This document shows, piece by piece, positions 10,039 to 20,330 of a stretch of 64,000 bases of DNA. Origin of the DNA: Candidatus Omnitrophota bacterium (GTDB taxonomy: Bacteria; Omnitrophota; Omnitrophia; Omnitrophales; JACROU01); contig JAJDCD010000012.1 in assembly GCA_029261035.1 (NCBI GenBank), positions 6,958 through 70,957 of the forward strand, given 5' to 3'. A program made the position numbers and the translations under genes. The notes beneath the pieces are model-generated. The model had not been told where the DNA came from. It worked only from the letters and a program-made list of their open reading frames with translations, and did not search any database. The first letter of the stretch is position 1. Each line of letters starts with the position of its first letter.

Positions 10039-10671
10039 GTGACAACCATGGATTTACTCTCAATTACGGACTATCCCCAATTTAAAAACAAATTACAAAA
10101 GTCGAATTGCCAAAAATGCACTTTGTCTTCAAAACGAAATCATATTGTGGTCGATAGGGGAAACTTTGATTCAAAGATTCTTTTTATAGGGGAAGCCCCA
10201 GGAGCAAAAGAGGATGATTCTGGTCTTTGTTTTGTCGGAAGAGCTGGGAAGATGTTGGACCTTATGTTTTCTGAAATTAACATTGATACGAATCAAGACA
10301 CTTTAATAGCTAATATTGCTAAATGTCGACCTCCTAAAAATCGTGTTCCTAATAAAATAGAAGCCGCAGCTTGCTTTCCTTTTTTACTTCATCAAATTTT
10401 GTTAGTTAAACCACAGGTCATTATCTTATTAGGAGCATCTGCTTTAAAATATTTAGATAAATCAAAAACATCTTTTGAGATGATTAATGAAGTTGGACGT
10501 TTTTTTAGATTGAAGGAGTTTGACGAAATTGACTTTTTTCCTATCTTTCACCCTGCTTATCTTTTATACAACCCAGGGAAAAAAAATCTATTTAAAGAAC
10601 ACCTACAAATTTTGAATCAATATTTAATTAAACAAAAGATTCATCCAAAAATAAACAAGGTCTCTAAGTGA
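10039..10671 (+). CDS. Uracil-DNA glycosylase, family 4 (Fe-S type)
   Basis: GEAPGAKED...CFVGRAGKMLD motif and conserved Cys residues typical of family-4 UDG. Confidence 0.8.
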   Translation: MTTMDLLSITDYPQFKNKLQKSNCQKCTLSSKRNHIVVDRGNFDSKILFIGEAPGAKEDDSGLCFVGRAGKMLDLMFSEINIDTNQDTLIANIAKCRPPKNRVPNKIEAAACFPFLLHQILLVKPQVIILLGASALKYLDKSKTSFEMINEVGRFFRLKEFDEIDFFPIFHPAYLLYNPGKKNLFKEHLQILNQYLIKQKIHPKINKVSK

Positions 10672-10943
10672 AGAAGAAGAGAATTCATATTATTGTTTCG
10701 GGTCTTGTTCAGGGCGTTTTTTTTAGAGCTTCTACTTTGGATAAAGCTCGAAATTTAATAGTGGTAGGTTGGGTTCGGAATTTGCCAGATGGTACCGTTG
10801 AGATAAATGCAGAAGGCGAGGATGGGAAGCTTAGCCAGCTTTTAGACTGGGCTAGGAAGGGGCCGGTAGGGGCACGTGTTGATCATATTGATTATTTTTG
10901 GGATGATTATAGAGGTGAGTTTGAAAGCTTCTTTGTTAGATAA
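10668..10943 (+). CDS. acyP: Acylphosphatase
   Basis: 91 aa. VQGVFFRAST...GWVRNLPDGTVEINAEG matches the acylphosphatase signatures. Confidence 0.75.
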   Translation: MKKKRIHIIVSGLVQGVFFRASTLDKARNLIVVGWVRNLPDGTVEINAEGEDGKLSQLLDWARKGPVGARVDHIDYFWDDYRGEFESFFVR

Positions 10944-10958
10944 TTATAGGACTTAAAT

Positions 10959-12248
10959 ATGAACACAAAAATAAACCTCAAATATGAGGCTATAAGCATA
11001 GTAAAAACACTCAAAAAGGCTGGTTTTGAGGCTTTTTGGGCTGGAGGAGTGGTGAGAGACCTATTATTAAGAAAAAAGCCTCATGACTACGATATAGCCA
11101 CTTCTGCCCTTCCTAAAGATATTGAGAAGTTATTTAAGAAAGTTGTTCCAGTCGGTAGACAATTTGGCGTTATGATTGTGAATAAGGGAACTTATAATTT
11201 TGAGGTAACAACCTTTAGAGGAGAAGGTGCTTATTTAGATAACAGACACCCCACTAAAATATATTTCACTACGGCTAAAGAGGATTCAAAAAGAAGGGAT
11301 TTTACGATTAATGCCTTATTTTATGATCCTATTGAAAAAAAAGTGATTGATTTCGTTAAAGGGAAGAAAGACTTAGAGAAAAAAATAATTCGAACCGTAG
11401 GGGATCCTAAAGAACGTTTTACTGAAGATCATTTAAGAATCATCCGCGCAGTCCGTTTTGCTGCAAATTTGGGATTTGAAATTCATCCTAAAACTTGGAA
11501 ATTCGTTAAGGAAATGTCTCCTTTAATTAATAAAATGAGTCAAGAACGTATTAGAGATGAACTCATTAAAATGTTTACACGACCTAATCCAGGGGAAGCT
11601 CTTCATTTATTAAACGTCTCGGGATTACTTAAAGAAATTCTTCCAGAGATTGCTTTGATGAAGGGAATTAAAGAATCTAACAAAGATTTGTTGTTTTATA
11701 CTCAGCTCGTTTTAGAGTCTCTAAAGGAACCCAATCTAACAACAGTATTTTCTGCTTTATTTCTAGACTTGGGCAAAGCTTCTGCGAAACAGGTAAAAAA
11801 CATTCCCCATAGCTCTTCTGAATCTAGTGTTAAAATTGGAAATCGTATTTTAAAACGTTTAAAATTTTCAAATAAAACTACGAGCAGAATTATTTCTTGT
11901 ATAAGAAATCAAATCTTATTTGATGAAGTAAGGAGCATGAAAGAATCTCAATTAAAAAAACTAGCGGCTTCTGGTACCTTTGAGGATGCTCTAGAGCTCT
12001 TTCATGCAATCTGTTTGACGGGTAAGGGAGATTTGAGAAATTACCGTTTTATTAAAAATAAAATGAAGACGTTTCAAAAAATTAATATTAAACCAAAAGC
12101 TATTCTTTCCGGCTCGGACTTAATTGAATACGGATTGAAACCCTCAGCAGTTTTTAAGGACCTCTTATCAAGACTATACGATCTGCAATTAGAGGGTAAG
12201 GTTGAAACGAGGTCAGAAGCTTTAAAATGGCTCAAAAAACAACTTTAG
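10959..12248 (+). CDS. cca: CCA-adding tRNA nucleotidyltransferase / poly(A) polymerase family
   Basis: Pol-beta-type head motifs GGVVRDLLL, DYDIAT and RRDFTINAL. Confidence 0.65.
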   Translation: MNTKINLKYEAISIVKTLKKAGFEAFWAGGVVRDLLLRKKPHDYDIATSALPKDIEKLFKKVVPVGRQFGVMIVNKGTYNFEVTTFRGEGAYLDNRHPTKIYFTTAKEDSKRRDFTINALFYDPIEKKVIDFVKGKKDLEKKIIRTVGDPKERFTEDHLRIIRAVRFAANLGFEIHPKTWKFVKEMSPLINKMSQERIRDELIKMFTRPNPGEALHLLNVSGLLKEILPEIALMKGIKESNKDLLFYTQLVLESLKEPNLTTVFSALFLDLGKASAKQVKNIPHSSSESSVKIGNRILKRLKFSNKTTSRIISCIRNQILFDEVRSMKESQLKKLAASGTFEDALELFHAICLTGKGDLRNYRFIKNKMKTFQKINIKPKAILSGSDLIEYGLKPSAVFKDLLSRLYDLQLEGKVETRSEALKWLKKQL

Positions 12249-12276
12249 GGGCTTTTCATGAGCCCCTATTTTCTTC
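12245..12276 (+). terminator. Rho-independent terminator after cca
   Basis: GGGGCT-tttcat-gAGCCCC stem followed by a tattttctt T-tract. Confidence 0.6.
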
Positions 12277-12365
12277 CTTGAAAAGAGTTCTATATATGAG
12301 AGAATTAGAGAAGAAGAGTATTATCAAATCTTAGATTTAGAGTAAAAAGGGAAGGGGATAATAAA

Positions 12366-12830
12366 ATGAGTGTTCCTAAGAATTTAAAAAAATTTCTAGA
12401 TAAAAATCACGCATCTTACCAACCTTTGACTCATGAACGTGTCATCACGACATCCGAAGTGGCAGAAGTTCATCATACGCCAGGAAGAGAAGTGATAAAA
12501 TCTGTTGTCATTAAAGATAATGAGAATTATTATTTGTTTATTTTACCTTCTTCAAAGGAAGTAGATTTTTCGCGTATAAGAAAGATTTTGAATTCAAAGT
12601 CTGTTGATTTAGCTAGTGAAGAAGATTTTAAAGAGATATTTTCTGACTGTGAATTAGGGGCCATGCCACCCTTTGGAGAGCTTTATGGTCTTAAGACCTA
12701 TGCAGATGAAATGTTAAAAGAAGATGCTAATGTGCTTTTTAACGCAGGGACTCACGAAGATACAGTTAAAATGAGTTTTGAAGATTTTAACAAATGTGGG
12801 CATCCTATTTATGCTAACTTTGCAGCTTAG
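12366..12830 (+). CDS. YbaK/ProX-family aminoacyl-tRNA deacylase
   Basis: 154 aa with the YbaK-like editing-domain pattern. Confidence 0.55.
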   Translation: MSVPKNLKKFLDKNHASYQPLTHERVITTSEVAEVHHTPGREVIKSVVIKDNENYYLFILPSSKEVDFSRIRKILNSKSVDLASEEDFKEIFSDCELGAMPPFGELYGLKTYADEMLKEDANVLFNAGTHEDTVKMSFEDFNKCGHPIYANFAA

Positions 12831-12841
12831 AAAATTAAAAT

Positions 12842-13240
12842 ATGGATAAACCCGAATTACAATTTTCAGTCATCTGTGATGACATCCGTCGAGAAGATAA
12901 TGGTAAGTTTATGCTTATCGGCTTATTTGAAGCTATAGGAAGCGCAGTGTTTCCAGCTGTTCATTCTAAATTATTTATAGCTAATCGATGGTGTAAATGG
13001 GATGGGGAGTTTAAAGAAAGAACCCGAATCATCTTTTCTGAGACAAAAGAAATTATTGCTGAGAGCGCAGAAGTAGCCGTAAGTTTAAAGGATTTTTCGA
13101 CTCATCATACCGTTATATCTCAATTTAATAACATTCGCTTTCCTGAAGCGGGTAAATACTTTGTCGAAATTCTTTTCAATGATGATTTATTCCGATATTA
13201 CCCAATTAACCTCTCAAAGATTGAAAATGAAACATCTTAA
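12842..13240 (+). CDS. Hypothetical protein
   Basis: 132-aa ORF with no recognisable motif. Confidence 0.35.
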   Translation: MDKPELQFSVICDDIRREDNGKFMLIGLFEAIGSAVFPAVHSKLFIANRWCKWDGEFKERTRIIFSETKEIIAESAEVAVSLKDFSTHHTVISQFNNIRFPEAGKYFVEILFNDDLFRYYPINLSKIENETS

Positions 13241-14012
13241 ACTTATAACTACCGTCATAATTATAATCTTATGTCCCGGCCTTTCGTATGGGGATATCTA
13301 TTACAAAACTGAAATTCAATCCTCCTTTGAAACAGATAAACGAATAGAAGAAACTTTTATTTCTGGAACAAAAATGAAAACCTTAATTAATGGCACCTAT
13401 GGCTGGCTTATTGATTTAAAAGAAGGAACCATTCTAGATTATGATTTAAAAGAGGGTACTTATACCGAGTTAACAATAGAAAAGTTTAAAGAAAATTTAA
13501 ATTCACTGGGTGAGGATATGTTAGGGATGAGTGAACTGTATCAAAATGAAGAAGACCTTGTCGAAGAAAAAAAAGTGTTAGAGAAAACATCCGGACCTGT
13601 AGATTCGGCTCCCATAGGAAAACTTATGAGTCGAGATTTTCAACCTTTGCTTAAAAAAGTTAGAAAGAAAAAAGAAATAAATGGAGAAGAATGCTATTTG
13701 ATTAATGTCGATATTAGCAGAACTCAACAACAAGAAATGTGGGTTACGGAAGACTTACCTTATACTCAGGAAGTTATTAATTTTTGGAAGGCTTTCTACC
13801 GTCTATCAAGTGATACTTTAAAATCTTTTCCTGAACTCAAAAATCACTTTCAGGTTTTGTCGCAAATTGATGGATTCGTTATGTCTAGGAATATCACTAT
13901 GCAGATGGGGGTAGATCAGACCTATAAAGAATCAGAGCTTGTAAAAGAAGTGTCTCAGCAAAGTTTTGATGAAGATATGTTTGTGTTGCCAAAAAATCTT
14001 CGAAAAGTTTAA
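13227..14012 (+). CDS. Hypothetical secreted protein
   Basis: Start set at the internal Met, which gives a signal peptide MKHLKLITTVIIIILCPGLSYG. The longer ORF from 13161 overlaps the upstream gene. Confidence 0.4.
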   Translation: MKHLKLITTVIIIILCPGLSYGDIYYKTEIQSSFETDKRIEETFISGTKMKTLINGTYGWLIDLKEGTILDYDLKEGTYTELTIEKFKENLNSLGEDMLGMSELYQNEEDLVEEKKVLEKTSGPVDSAPIGKLMSRDFQPLLKKVRKKKEINGEECYLINVDISRTQQQEMWVTEDLPYTQEVINFWKAFYRLSSDTLKSFPELKNHFQVLSQIDGFVMSRNITMQMGVDQTYKESELVKEVSQQSFDEDMFVLPKNLRKV

Positions 14013-14032
14013 TTATAAGAAAAGGTGAAATT

Positions 14033-14572
14033 ATGGAAAAGGTAATCGTAACAGTCTTAGGAAAAGATCAGCCGGGCATTGTTGCTCAAGTAACACAAGT
14101 TCTACTTGATAACGGTTGCAACCTTGAAGATTCAAGTATGACGATTTTAGAAGGCGACTTTGCAATGTTAGTGATTGCATCTCTTCCAGAATCTATGAAT
14201 TTGCAAGAAATTAAAGAAAAGTTTAATGTCATGAACGACGCTATGAATTTGTGTGTAGAGGTGAGACCTTTTACAGAAAATAAAAGCCCTTCAAAACAAA
14301 ACGGCAAAAATTACATTCTTTCTGTCATTGGTGCTGACAAACCTGGCATTGTACAAAATATTTCACAATTATTAGCAGATAACAAAGTTAACATTACGGA
14401 TGTTGAGACGAAAAGAATAGGGACTGAAGGGAAAAGAGTTTACGCCATGATTATCGAAGTCTTTATTGATGAAAGCATGAATGTTAAAAGTTTAGAAGAG
14501 AAAATTTCTAATTTGTGTAAGAGCTTATCCGTTGATATGACTTTTAAACCTATAGATTCTCTAACTTTTTAA
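14033..14572 (+). CDS. Tandem ACT-domain protein (GcvR-like)
   Basis: Two ACT-like modules (VIVTVLGKDQPGIVAQVTQVL... and ILSVIGADKPGIVQNISQLL...). Confidence 0.6.
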   Translation: MEKVIVTVLGKDQPGIVAQVTQVLLDNGCNLEDSSMTILEGDFAMLVIASLPESMNLQEIKEKFNVMNDAMNLCVEVRPFTENKSPSKQNGKNYILSVIGADKPGIVQNISQLLADNKVNITDVETKRIGTEGKRVYAMIIEVFIDESMNVKSLEEKISNLCKSLSVDMTFKPIDSLTF

Positions 14573-14573
14573 G

Positions 14574-15071
14574 ATGCCGATACAGTCAGTCATTGAATAC
14601 CCCAATCCTATTTTAAGAAATCTCTCAGAGCCTGTAGAAAGCATAAACGACTCTTGTTTGAAGCTAATATTGGACTTAAAGGATACAATGTTCTCTTTTC
14701 CTGGTTGTGTCGGATTAGCCGCTAATCAGATAGGAAGTAAAGAGAGGGTTGCTGTTGTTGATGTTTCTAGTAAAATAGAAGGTTCAGAGTTACGGGTCCT
14801 TATTAACCCTAGAATTTTGCATCAGAGTAAACATAAGATTTTAAGAGAAGGCTGTTTAAGTATTCAAAATTTAACAGCTAATGTTAAAAGAGCAGAACAA
14901 GTTGAAATTGAATACATGGATGTTTCAGGTGAAATAATAAAATATCAAGCACAAGGTCTCGAAGCTATTTGCATTCAACATGAAATTGATCATCTGGATG
15001 GAAATCTTTTTATTGATCATGTGATATCTGCAAAAACGGATATTTTTCGGAGAAAAAGATATTTACATTAG
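14574..15071 (+). CDS. def: Peptide deformylase
   Basis: GVGLAANQIG, EGCLS and HEIDHLDG motifs. Confidence 0.85.
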   Translation: MPIQSVIEYPNPILRNLSEPVESINDSCLKLILDLKDTMFSFPGCVGLAANQIGSKERVAVVDVSSKIEGSELRVLINPRILHQSKHKILREGCLSIQNLTANVKRAEQVEIEYMDVSGEIIKYQAQGLEAICIQHEIDHLDGNLFIDHVISAKTDIFRRKRYLH

Positions 15072-15097
15072 AAATCTAGAATGGAGAAGGATGAAAA

Positions 15098-15916
15098 ATG
15101 GAAACGATGAATAAAATTCAATCTGTAATTGAAAAAATAATTAGAATATTTGAGGTTAATAATTCAGGCTCTAGTTTTAATGCGATAGAAAAAAAAGCTC
15201 ATAAAATTTTAGGGGTTATTATTATTCTAACTCTTATTCAGTTTTTTTTATTTATCATGACTCTAAATTTATTTTCAAAAATAAAAACGAATTTTCCTTC
15301 TGAGCCTATTGGAACCCAGGAATCAACGATCTCTGAAATTCAAACGCCACCAGAAACTCAGCGTAATCCAAAGGAGATCTTAAAGGAAGCTGTTCCAGCA
15401 TTTTCTCTTTCCTTCGATACAAAGTCTGAAATGCCTGTCATAGGGCAAGGGCTTAAGCTAGTTCAAACAAACCCTAATGAACTTATGAGTGCCGTCGATT
15501 TAGAATATGAAGAAAGCGCTGCTCTTGGGGATGATGGTTTTGGGTTGAAATTCAGTTATTATTTTGCTGAGACCTTGGATGTAACTGAGGGGAGTGAGGA
15601 TTGGTTAGGAGCTATTTTTACAATTCCAACAATTGAAGTCAGTGAAGAGATGAATATTAGCTTTTGGTTAAAGGGAAATCTTGATGATGGTTATAACTCT
15701 ACAATTACAGTAGCAATCGTCGATGACAAAGACAAAAATATAAAAATACCTGTTCATAAAATATCAAATCTATGGACAAAGAAAACATTACCTTTATCTC
15801 AATTGAAAACTTATTTAGATATAGAGAATATTAAATTTATTACCTTTTTTATTGGAGGAAAAGATCTCACTACAAAAAAAGGTTCTTACAGTATTGATCA
15901 AATAGAAATTAAATAA
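15098..15916 (+). CDS. Hypothetical membrane-anchored protein
   Basis: Single TM (ILGVIIILTLIQFFLFIMTL). No known domain. Confidence 0.35.
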   Translation: METMNKIQSVIEKIIRIFEVNNSGSSFNAIEKKAHKILGVIIILTLIQFFLFIMTLNLFSKIKTNFPSEPIGTQESTISEIQTPPETQRNPKEILKEAVPAFSLSFDTKSEMPVIGQGLKLVQTNPNELMSAVDLEYEESAALGDDGFGLKFSYYFAETLDVTEGSEDWLGAIFTIPTIEVSEEMNISFWLKGNLDDGYNSTITVAIVDDKDKNIKIPVHKISNLWTKKTLPLSQLKTYLDIENIKFITFFIGGKDLTTKKGSYSIDQIEIK

Positions 15917-16851
15917 TGATCACGACACTAACTTTAAATCCTGCCATTGATTTAACGATGGAAGTCAATGGAATTACGATTGAAGATGTAAATAGAGTAC
16001 AAACTTTTACAGAAGTTCCTGGTGGCAAAGGTGTTAATGTCTCCATAGTTTTAAATCGATTTGGATACAAACCTTTAAACACTTTAGTTGCCTTGGGTGG
16101 CTTGAGGGGAGAAAGGTTTAAAGAGGATTTAAGAGAAATCAATTTAAAATTCAGATCAATTGATATTAAAAACGAAACTAGAGTTAATTTAGTCTTATTC
16201 GATCGTGTGTCAAAAAAAACGACAAAGCTAAATCAACTTGGTCCTCATATATCCTCCAAAGAGCTTAATCAGCTGATTGATATTTGCAAGAAAAACGCTA
16301 AAAAAAGTCATTACTTTGTTCTTTCAGGGTCTTTGTTGCCTAATATGAGAAAAGGCTGGTACGCGCAATTAATCGCTAAAATTCAACGTTCAGGATTAAA
16401 TATTGTTGTCGATGCTGATGGGGATGTTCTTAAAAATGTCCTTAAGATGCGTCCATTTTTAATTAAGCCCAATATTCATGAAGCAGAAAGAGTTTTGGGA
16501 GCAAAGTTTCGAACCGAATCCTCTTATTGGAATGCCGCGAAATGGCTCCAAAAAAAAGGTGCTCAAAATGTTCTCTTGTCATTAGGCTCCAAAGGGGCTT
16601 GTTTTTTAGATGCTCAAGGAAATCAATATAGAGCTCATACGATACCTATAAATGTAAAATCGACAACAGGTGCAGGAGATTCTTTTCTTGCAGGGTTTTT
16701 ATACCAACTTAGTAATAAAAAATCTATTTCTGAATCATTAAAATATGGAATGGCCTGTGGCACTCACACAGCAATGACAGCCGCAAATGATTTATGCCAA
16801 AAGTCTTCAGTGGAAAAAATAGTCAAAAAAATTAAAATTAAAAAAATTTAA
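15916..16851 (+). CDS. PfkB-family sugar kinase (1-phosphofructokinase/tagatose-6-P kinase-like)
   Basis: TLNPAIDLT start and C-terminal TGAGDSFLAGF (PfkB signature 2). Confidence 0.7.
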   Translation: MITTLTLNPAIDLTMEVNGITIEDVNRVQTFTEVPGGKGVNVSIVLNRFGYKPLNTLVALGGLRGERFKEDLREINLKFRSIDIKNETRVNLVLFDRVSKKTTKLNQLGPHISSKELNQLIDICKKNAKKSHYFVLSGSLLPNMRKGWYAQLIAKIQRSGLNIVVDADGDVLKNVLKMRPFLIKPNIHEAERVLGAKFRTESSYWNAAKWLQKKGAQNVLLSLGSKGACFLDAQGNQYRAHTIPINVKSTTGAGDSFLAGFLYQLSNKKSISESLKYGMACGTHTAMTAANDLCQKSSVEKIVKKIKIKKI

Positions 16852-16876
16852 GTCACAAATAATTAAGGGGAGTGTA

Positions 16877-18535
16877 ATGGGAGCGAGTCCAATCATATCT
16901 AAAATGAGACAATTACTAACTTCAAACGACAAAGATCTAGTTATTTCAACAATAAAAGTTACAAGAGCTCTTAAATTAAAAGATGCTGGAATTATTAAAG
17001 CGCTCAAAAAGCACCTTGAATCAGAAGATCATCAACTGCAATTATTAGCCATAGATTCCATCGGAGATCTCGGAGGTAAAGAAGCGGGGCAACTCCTTTT
17101 TGATATCTTCAAAAAAAAGATTAATCTTCGATTACAAATTGGTAAGTCCTTGTCTCAAATTGGAGATCCAATTATTCCATTATTAAAAAAAGAATACAAA
17201 GAGCATAAAAATGATCGGATGTATAAGAAATCACTTATAAGTATTATTTCAAAAATAAAAACATTTAAATCTATTCAATTCTTACTCAATTGTCTTTATG
17301 AAACAGATTTGGAAATTTTAAAGCATGTTTGTTATGAGATAAGAAACCCATTAAGTGCTATTGATAAAAAAGGAATGCCCGCCTTAGTTAAAGAATTGAA
17401 TGCTCACTTAAAAGAGGCTAAAACTAAAAAACTTTCTAATGCTTTAGTTTCCTTAGTCATTATTATTGGGTATACCAAAGATCCTAAATTCGAAAAACCT
17501 CTTTTGACTTACTTAGACCCTAAGTTTCCCTTTGTTTTAAGAAGAAATACCCTCTTCGCAATAGAAAGACTGGGATTGACAGGGAAGGGGCATGAGACCC
17601 TTGTTAAGGCTTTATTACCCCTGTTAGAAGATCATCATTTTAGTGCAGTTACTCGCTCTATATCAGCTATATTAGAGAAAGTTAGCTTTGGTAAAATCTA
17701 TCAGAAAAAGATGATTAAATTAGTAGAATCCAGAAACTTTGAAGTTAAGAAACTGGCCATGAGTAAGATTGCTCAAATTGAATCTAAAGAAGTTGTAACT
17801 CTGTTATTAAATCATCTCTTTGACAAAAATTACGATATTAGAACAGCTGCTGAAAAGGCCCTCCAAAAAATGCCATCAAGCACAACATATCTATTTCCAT
17901 TACTCATAAAAAAAGACAAACCTGAAGAAATTAACGCCATAGGCAAAATCTTAGCTTACCACAAAGGAAAAGTAACCCCTTTAAGACTTAAAGAAATATT
18001 CAAATTAATGAATAAATCAATGGCCAAATGGGAAGATGAAAAAACTCAGAGTTATTTCAATATATTAAGACAAATTAATCCTGACTTTATCCATTCAACA
18101 TTCATTAAAGAATCCGCCTCATACAGAAAGAAGAAGAAATACAAACAAGCCATTCAGCTTTTAGAACTCTTATCCAAAACCACGGTTTACACAAAAGAAG
18201 TAAAGTGGGAATTAATGCTTAATTATTTACTTAGCTCAGAATTACAACTATCATCCGTTGAACGTAATCGCGATAAAGCACTTTTTATCATCCAAGGATG
18301 CTTAAAATCGGGTGATAAAGACGTGTTAAAAAAGATAAAAAAGGAAAAAGCCTTATCCATGGAACACCTATACTATATAGGATTCCATTTCTCAGAAAAA
18401 TTATTTGAATTGAAGGAATTTGGAGTTAGTCTTTTAAAGAGTATGATTAAAAAATCCCCAAGAAATAAATATTCCATTAATGCAAAAAAACGATTGCAGT
18501 CTGTTGGAGAAGCCTCAAAAATATTGAGTAAATAA
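16877..18535 (+). CDS. HEAT/PBS-lyase-like repeat protein
   Basis: 552 aa of repeated ~30-aa helical hairpins (…LLAIDSIGDLGGKEAGQLL…). Confidence 0.45.
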   Translation: MGASPIISKMRQLLTSNDKDLVISTIKVTRALKLKDAGIIKALKKHLESEDHQLQLLAIDSIGDLGGKEAGQLLFDIFKKKINLRLQIGKSLSQIGDPIIPLLKKEYKEHKNDRMYKKSLISIISKIKTFKSIQFLLNCLYETDLEILKHVCYEIRNPLSAIDKKGMPALVKELNAHLKEAKTKKLSNALVSLVIIIGYTKDPKFEKPLLTYLDPKFPFVLRRNTLFAIERLGLTGKGHETLVKALLPLLEDHHFSAVTRSISAILEKVSFGKIYQKKMIKLVESRNFEVKKLAMSKIAQIESKEVVTLLLNHLFDKNYDIRTAAEKALQKMPSSTTYLFPLLIKKDKPEEINAIGKILAYHKGKVTPLRLKEIFKLMNKSMAKWEDEKTQSYFNILRQINPDFIHSTFIKESASYRKKKKYKQAIQLLELLSKTTVYTKEVKWELMLNYLLSSELQLSSVERNRDKALFIIQGCLKSGDKDVLKKIKKEKALSMEHLYYIGFHFSEKLFELKEFGVSLLKSMIKKSPRNKYSINAKKRLQSVGEASKILSK

Positions 18536-18958
18536 TTCGGAAATAACGACAACTTAGAAGATCCATTCGAACGCCTAATCAGCCAAAAAGAAATGACAGA
18601 CCTCCAAGAAAAACACCCAAACAAAAACTATTGATTCTGACGTACTGTGGTAATGCTGGATAATCTAAGCTCTAACTTATCCAATATTACCACAGCACTT
18701 GGACAACTCTAAAGAGTTGACCACAGACTCAACAGTACTACGACTATATTTTAGTTAAGAAAAGAAAAGCTTTGATTATGGGCCTAATTTAAATAGACAT
18801 AGGATTAAATGGACCATAATCAAAGCCATATTACAGGATTTATATAGCTATTTGAGGATAGAGGAAAAATAAGTATATAGTCCTATAATGTATCTTATGT
18901 TAACTTTACCATATAGTAAATGCATAAATAACGTAAAAACAGCCTTTAATACAAATCC

Positions 18959-19315
18959 CTAAACTTCATACTGCTTTTGAAGCTTTTTTAACCCTTCGCA
19001 ATAATCCAAGGAATCCTTAGTCCGCCAGGCAAACGGAAATTCTTTACACTGTTTTGGTTTAACTTCTTGAATCATGCATTGATTATCTTTCAAGAATATA
19101 CAACTATCATCTTCATTAGTTTTTAATGTTAATCGCGGTTTCATGATCAAATCGCAATAATGATCTAAGAAGAACTTATGATCTAAATTCAGATGTTTTG
19201 ATATGGTTTCAGACTCATCCAAACCTATGTAAACATAGCCTGGATTTCGACAACAATTACCACATTTCTGACACTCAAATTTATCAATATGCTTAAGGTA
19301 ACCGTACTTATCCAT
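18959..19315 (-). CDS. YkgJ-family CxxCxxCC cysteine-cluster protein
   Basis: N-terminal CQKCGNCCRNPGYVYI plus further Cys residues (UPF0153 pattern). Confidence 0.55.
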   Translation of the reverse strand: MDKYGYLKHIDKFECQKCGNCCRNPGYVYIGLDESETISKHLNLDHKFFLDHYCDLIMKPRLTLKTNEDDSCIFLKDNQCMIQEVKPKQCKEFPFAWRTKDSLDYCEGLKKLQKQYEV

Positions 19316-19761
19316 TAAGCCAATAAAGATGCTACGATCTGGTTAATAGCCTTTCCATCCGCTTTACCGCCAACTTCAGCCATAATCAGCTTCATAGCCT
19401 GTCCCATTTGAGCTTTAGTTTCTATATTATTGTCTTTTAGCACCTTTTCTACGATAGGTTTTAACTCATCATTAGACATTTGTTCCGGTTGATATACCTT
19501 TAAAATATCTAACTCATCTTGTTCTTTTTTAGCCAAGTCCTCACGGTTGGCCTTATTGTATTCTTCAATACTGTCTTTACGTTGTTTTATCTGCTTCACA
19601 ATCATTCTTAACACATCTTCATCTGAAGCTTTATCAAGCTTATTGTCAATAAGATGAGATTTTATTGCGGATTTCAACATTCTTAAGGTCTGTAATTTTA
19701 ATTCTGATTTAGCTTTCATTGCGTCGATCACATCTTTATTTATAAGTTCTTCTAATGTCAC
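19315..19761 (-). CDS. GatB/YqeY domain protein
   Basis: 148 aa. LKSAIKS..., ...DEDVLRMIVKQIKQRKDSIEEY... matches the YqeY fold. Confidence 0.65.
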   Translation of the reverse strand: MTLEELINKDVIDAMKAKSELKLQTLRMLKSAIKSHLIDNKLDKASDEDVLRMIVKQIKQRKDSIEEYNKANREDLAKKEQDELDILKVYQPEQMSNDELKPIVEKVLKDNNIETKAQMGQAMKLIMAEVGGKADGKAINQIVASLLA

Positions 19762-19782
19762 AGGATGCTCCTTTTGTTATAT

Positions 19783-20274
19783 TTAATAAACTTCTCCTAA
19801 TTCATGAATATCTGCATTACTTGTTTCTAAATCCAACAAAGCTACCGTTGGTTTTCCTGTATTCGTACCACAACCTTCGCCAGGATTAATAATTACAGCA
19901 CGGTTCATTTTCTCTATTCTTGGCTTATGCGTATTACCGCAAATGATGTAATCCACAACTTGACTTTCTTTATCCATATTAACCGTAGATTCATCGTGAA
20001 TAATGAGAAAAGATTTTTCTTCTAGAATTAAATAATACGGAGGTTCTTTGATAGATCCTCCAGAGATTTCACGGGGTCCCTTTGTCAAAGAATCCATATT
20101 ACCCAAAACAGCATAAAATAAAATTCCAGAATTAATAAATTCTTTAGCTGCTTCCTGTGTTGTAAAATCACCCGCATGAATAATTGCTTTCACATCATTC
20201 TTTTTGAAAAATTCTATCGCACTGTGTATTTCCAAAAATGCATCATGTGTGTCTGAGATAATTCCAATTTTCAT
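19783..20274 (-). CDS. YfcE-like metallophosphoesterase
   Basis: MKIGIISDTHD, GDF, GNMD and GNTH calcineurin-like motifs. Confidence 0.7.
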   Translation of the reverse strand: MKIGIISDTHDAFLEIHSAIEFFKKNDVKAIIHAGDFTTQEAAKEFINSGILFYAVLGNMDSLTKGPREISGGSIKEPPYYLILEEKSFLIIHDESTVNMDKESQVVDYIICGNTHKPRIEKMNRAVIINPGEGCGTNTGKPTVALLDLETSNADIHELGEVY

Positions 20275-20330
20275 TTTAAACTTTCTGGTAATTCATTTTG
20301 TTTTCTTTTAAATAAATCTTCGCTTTCAAA

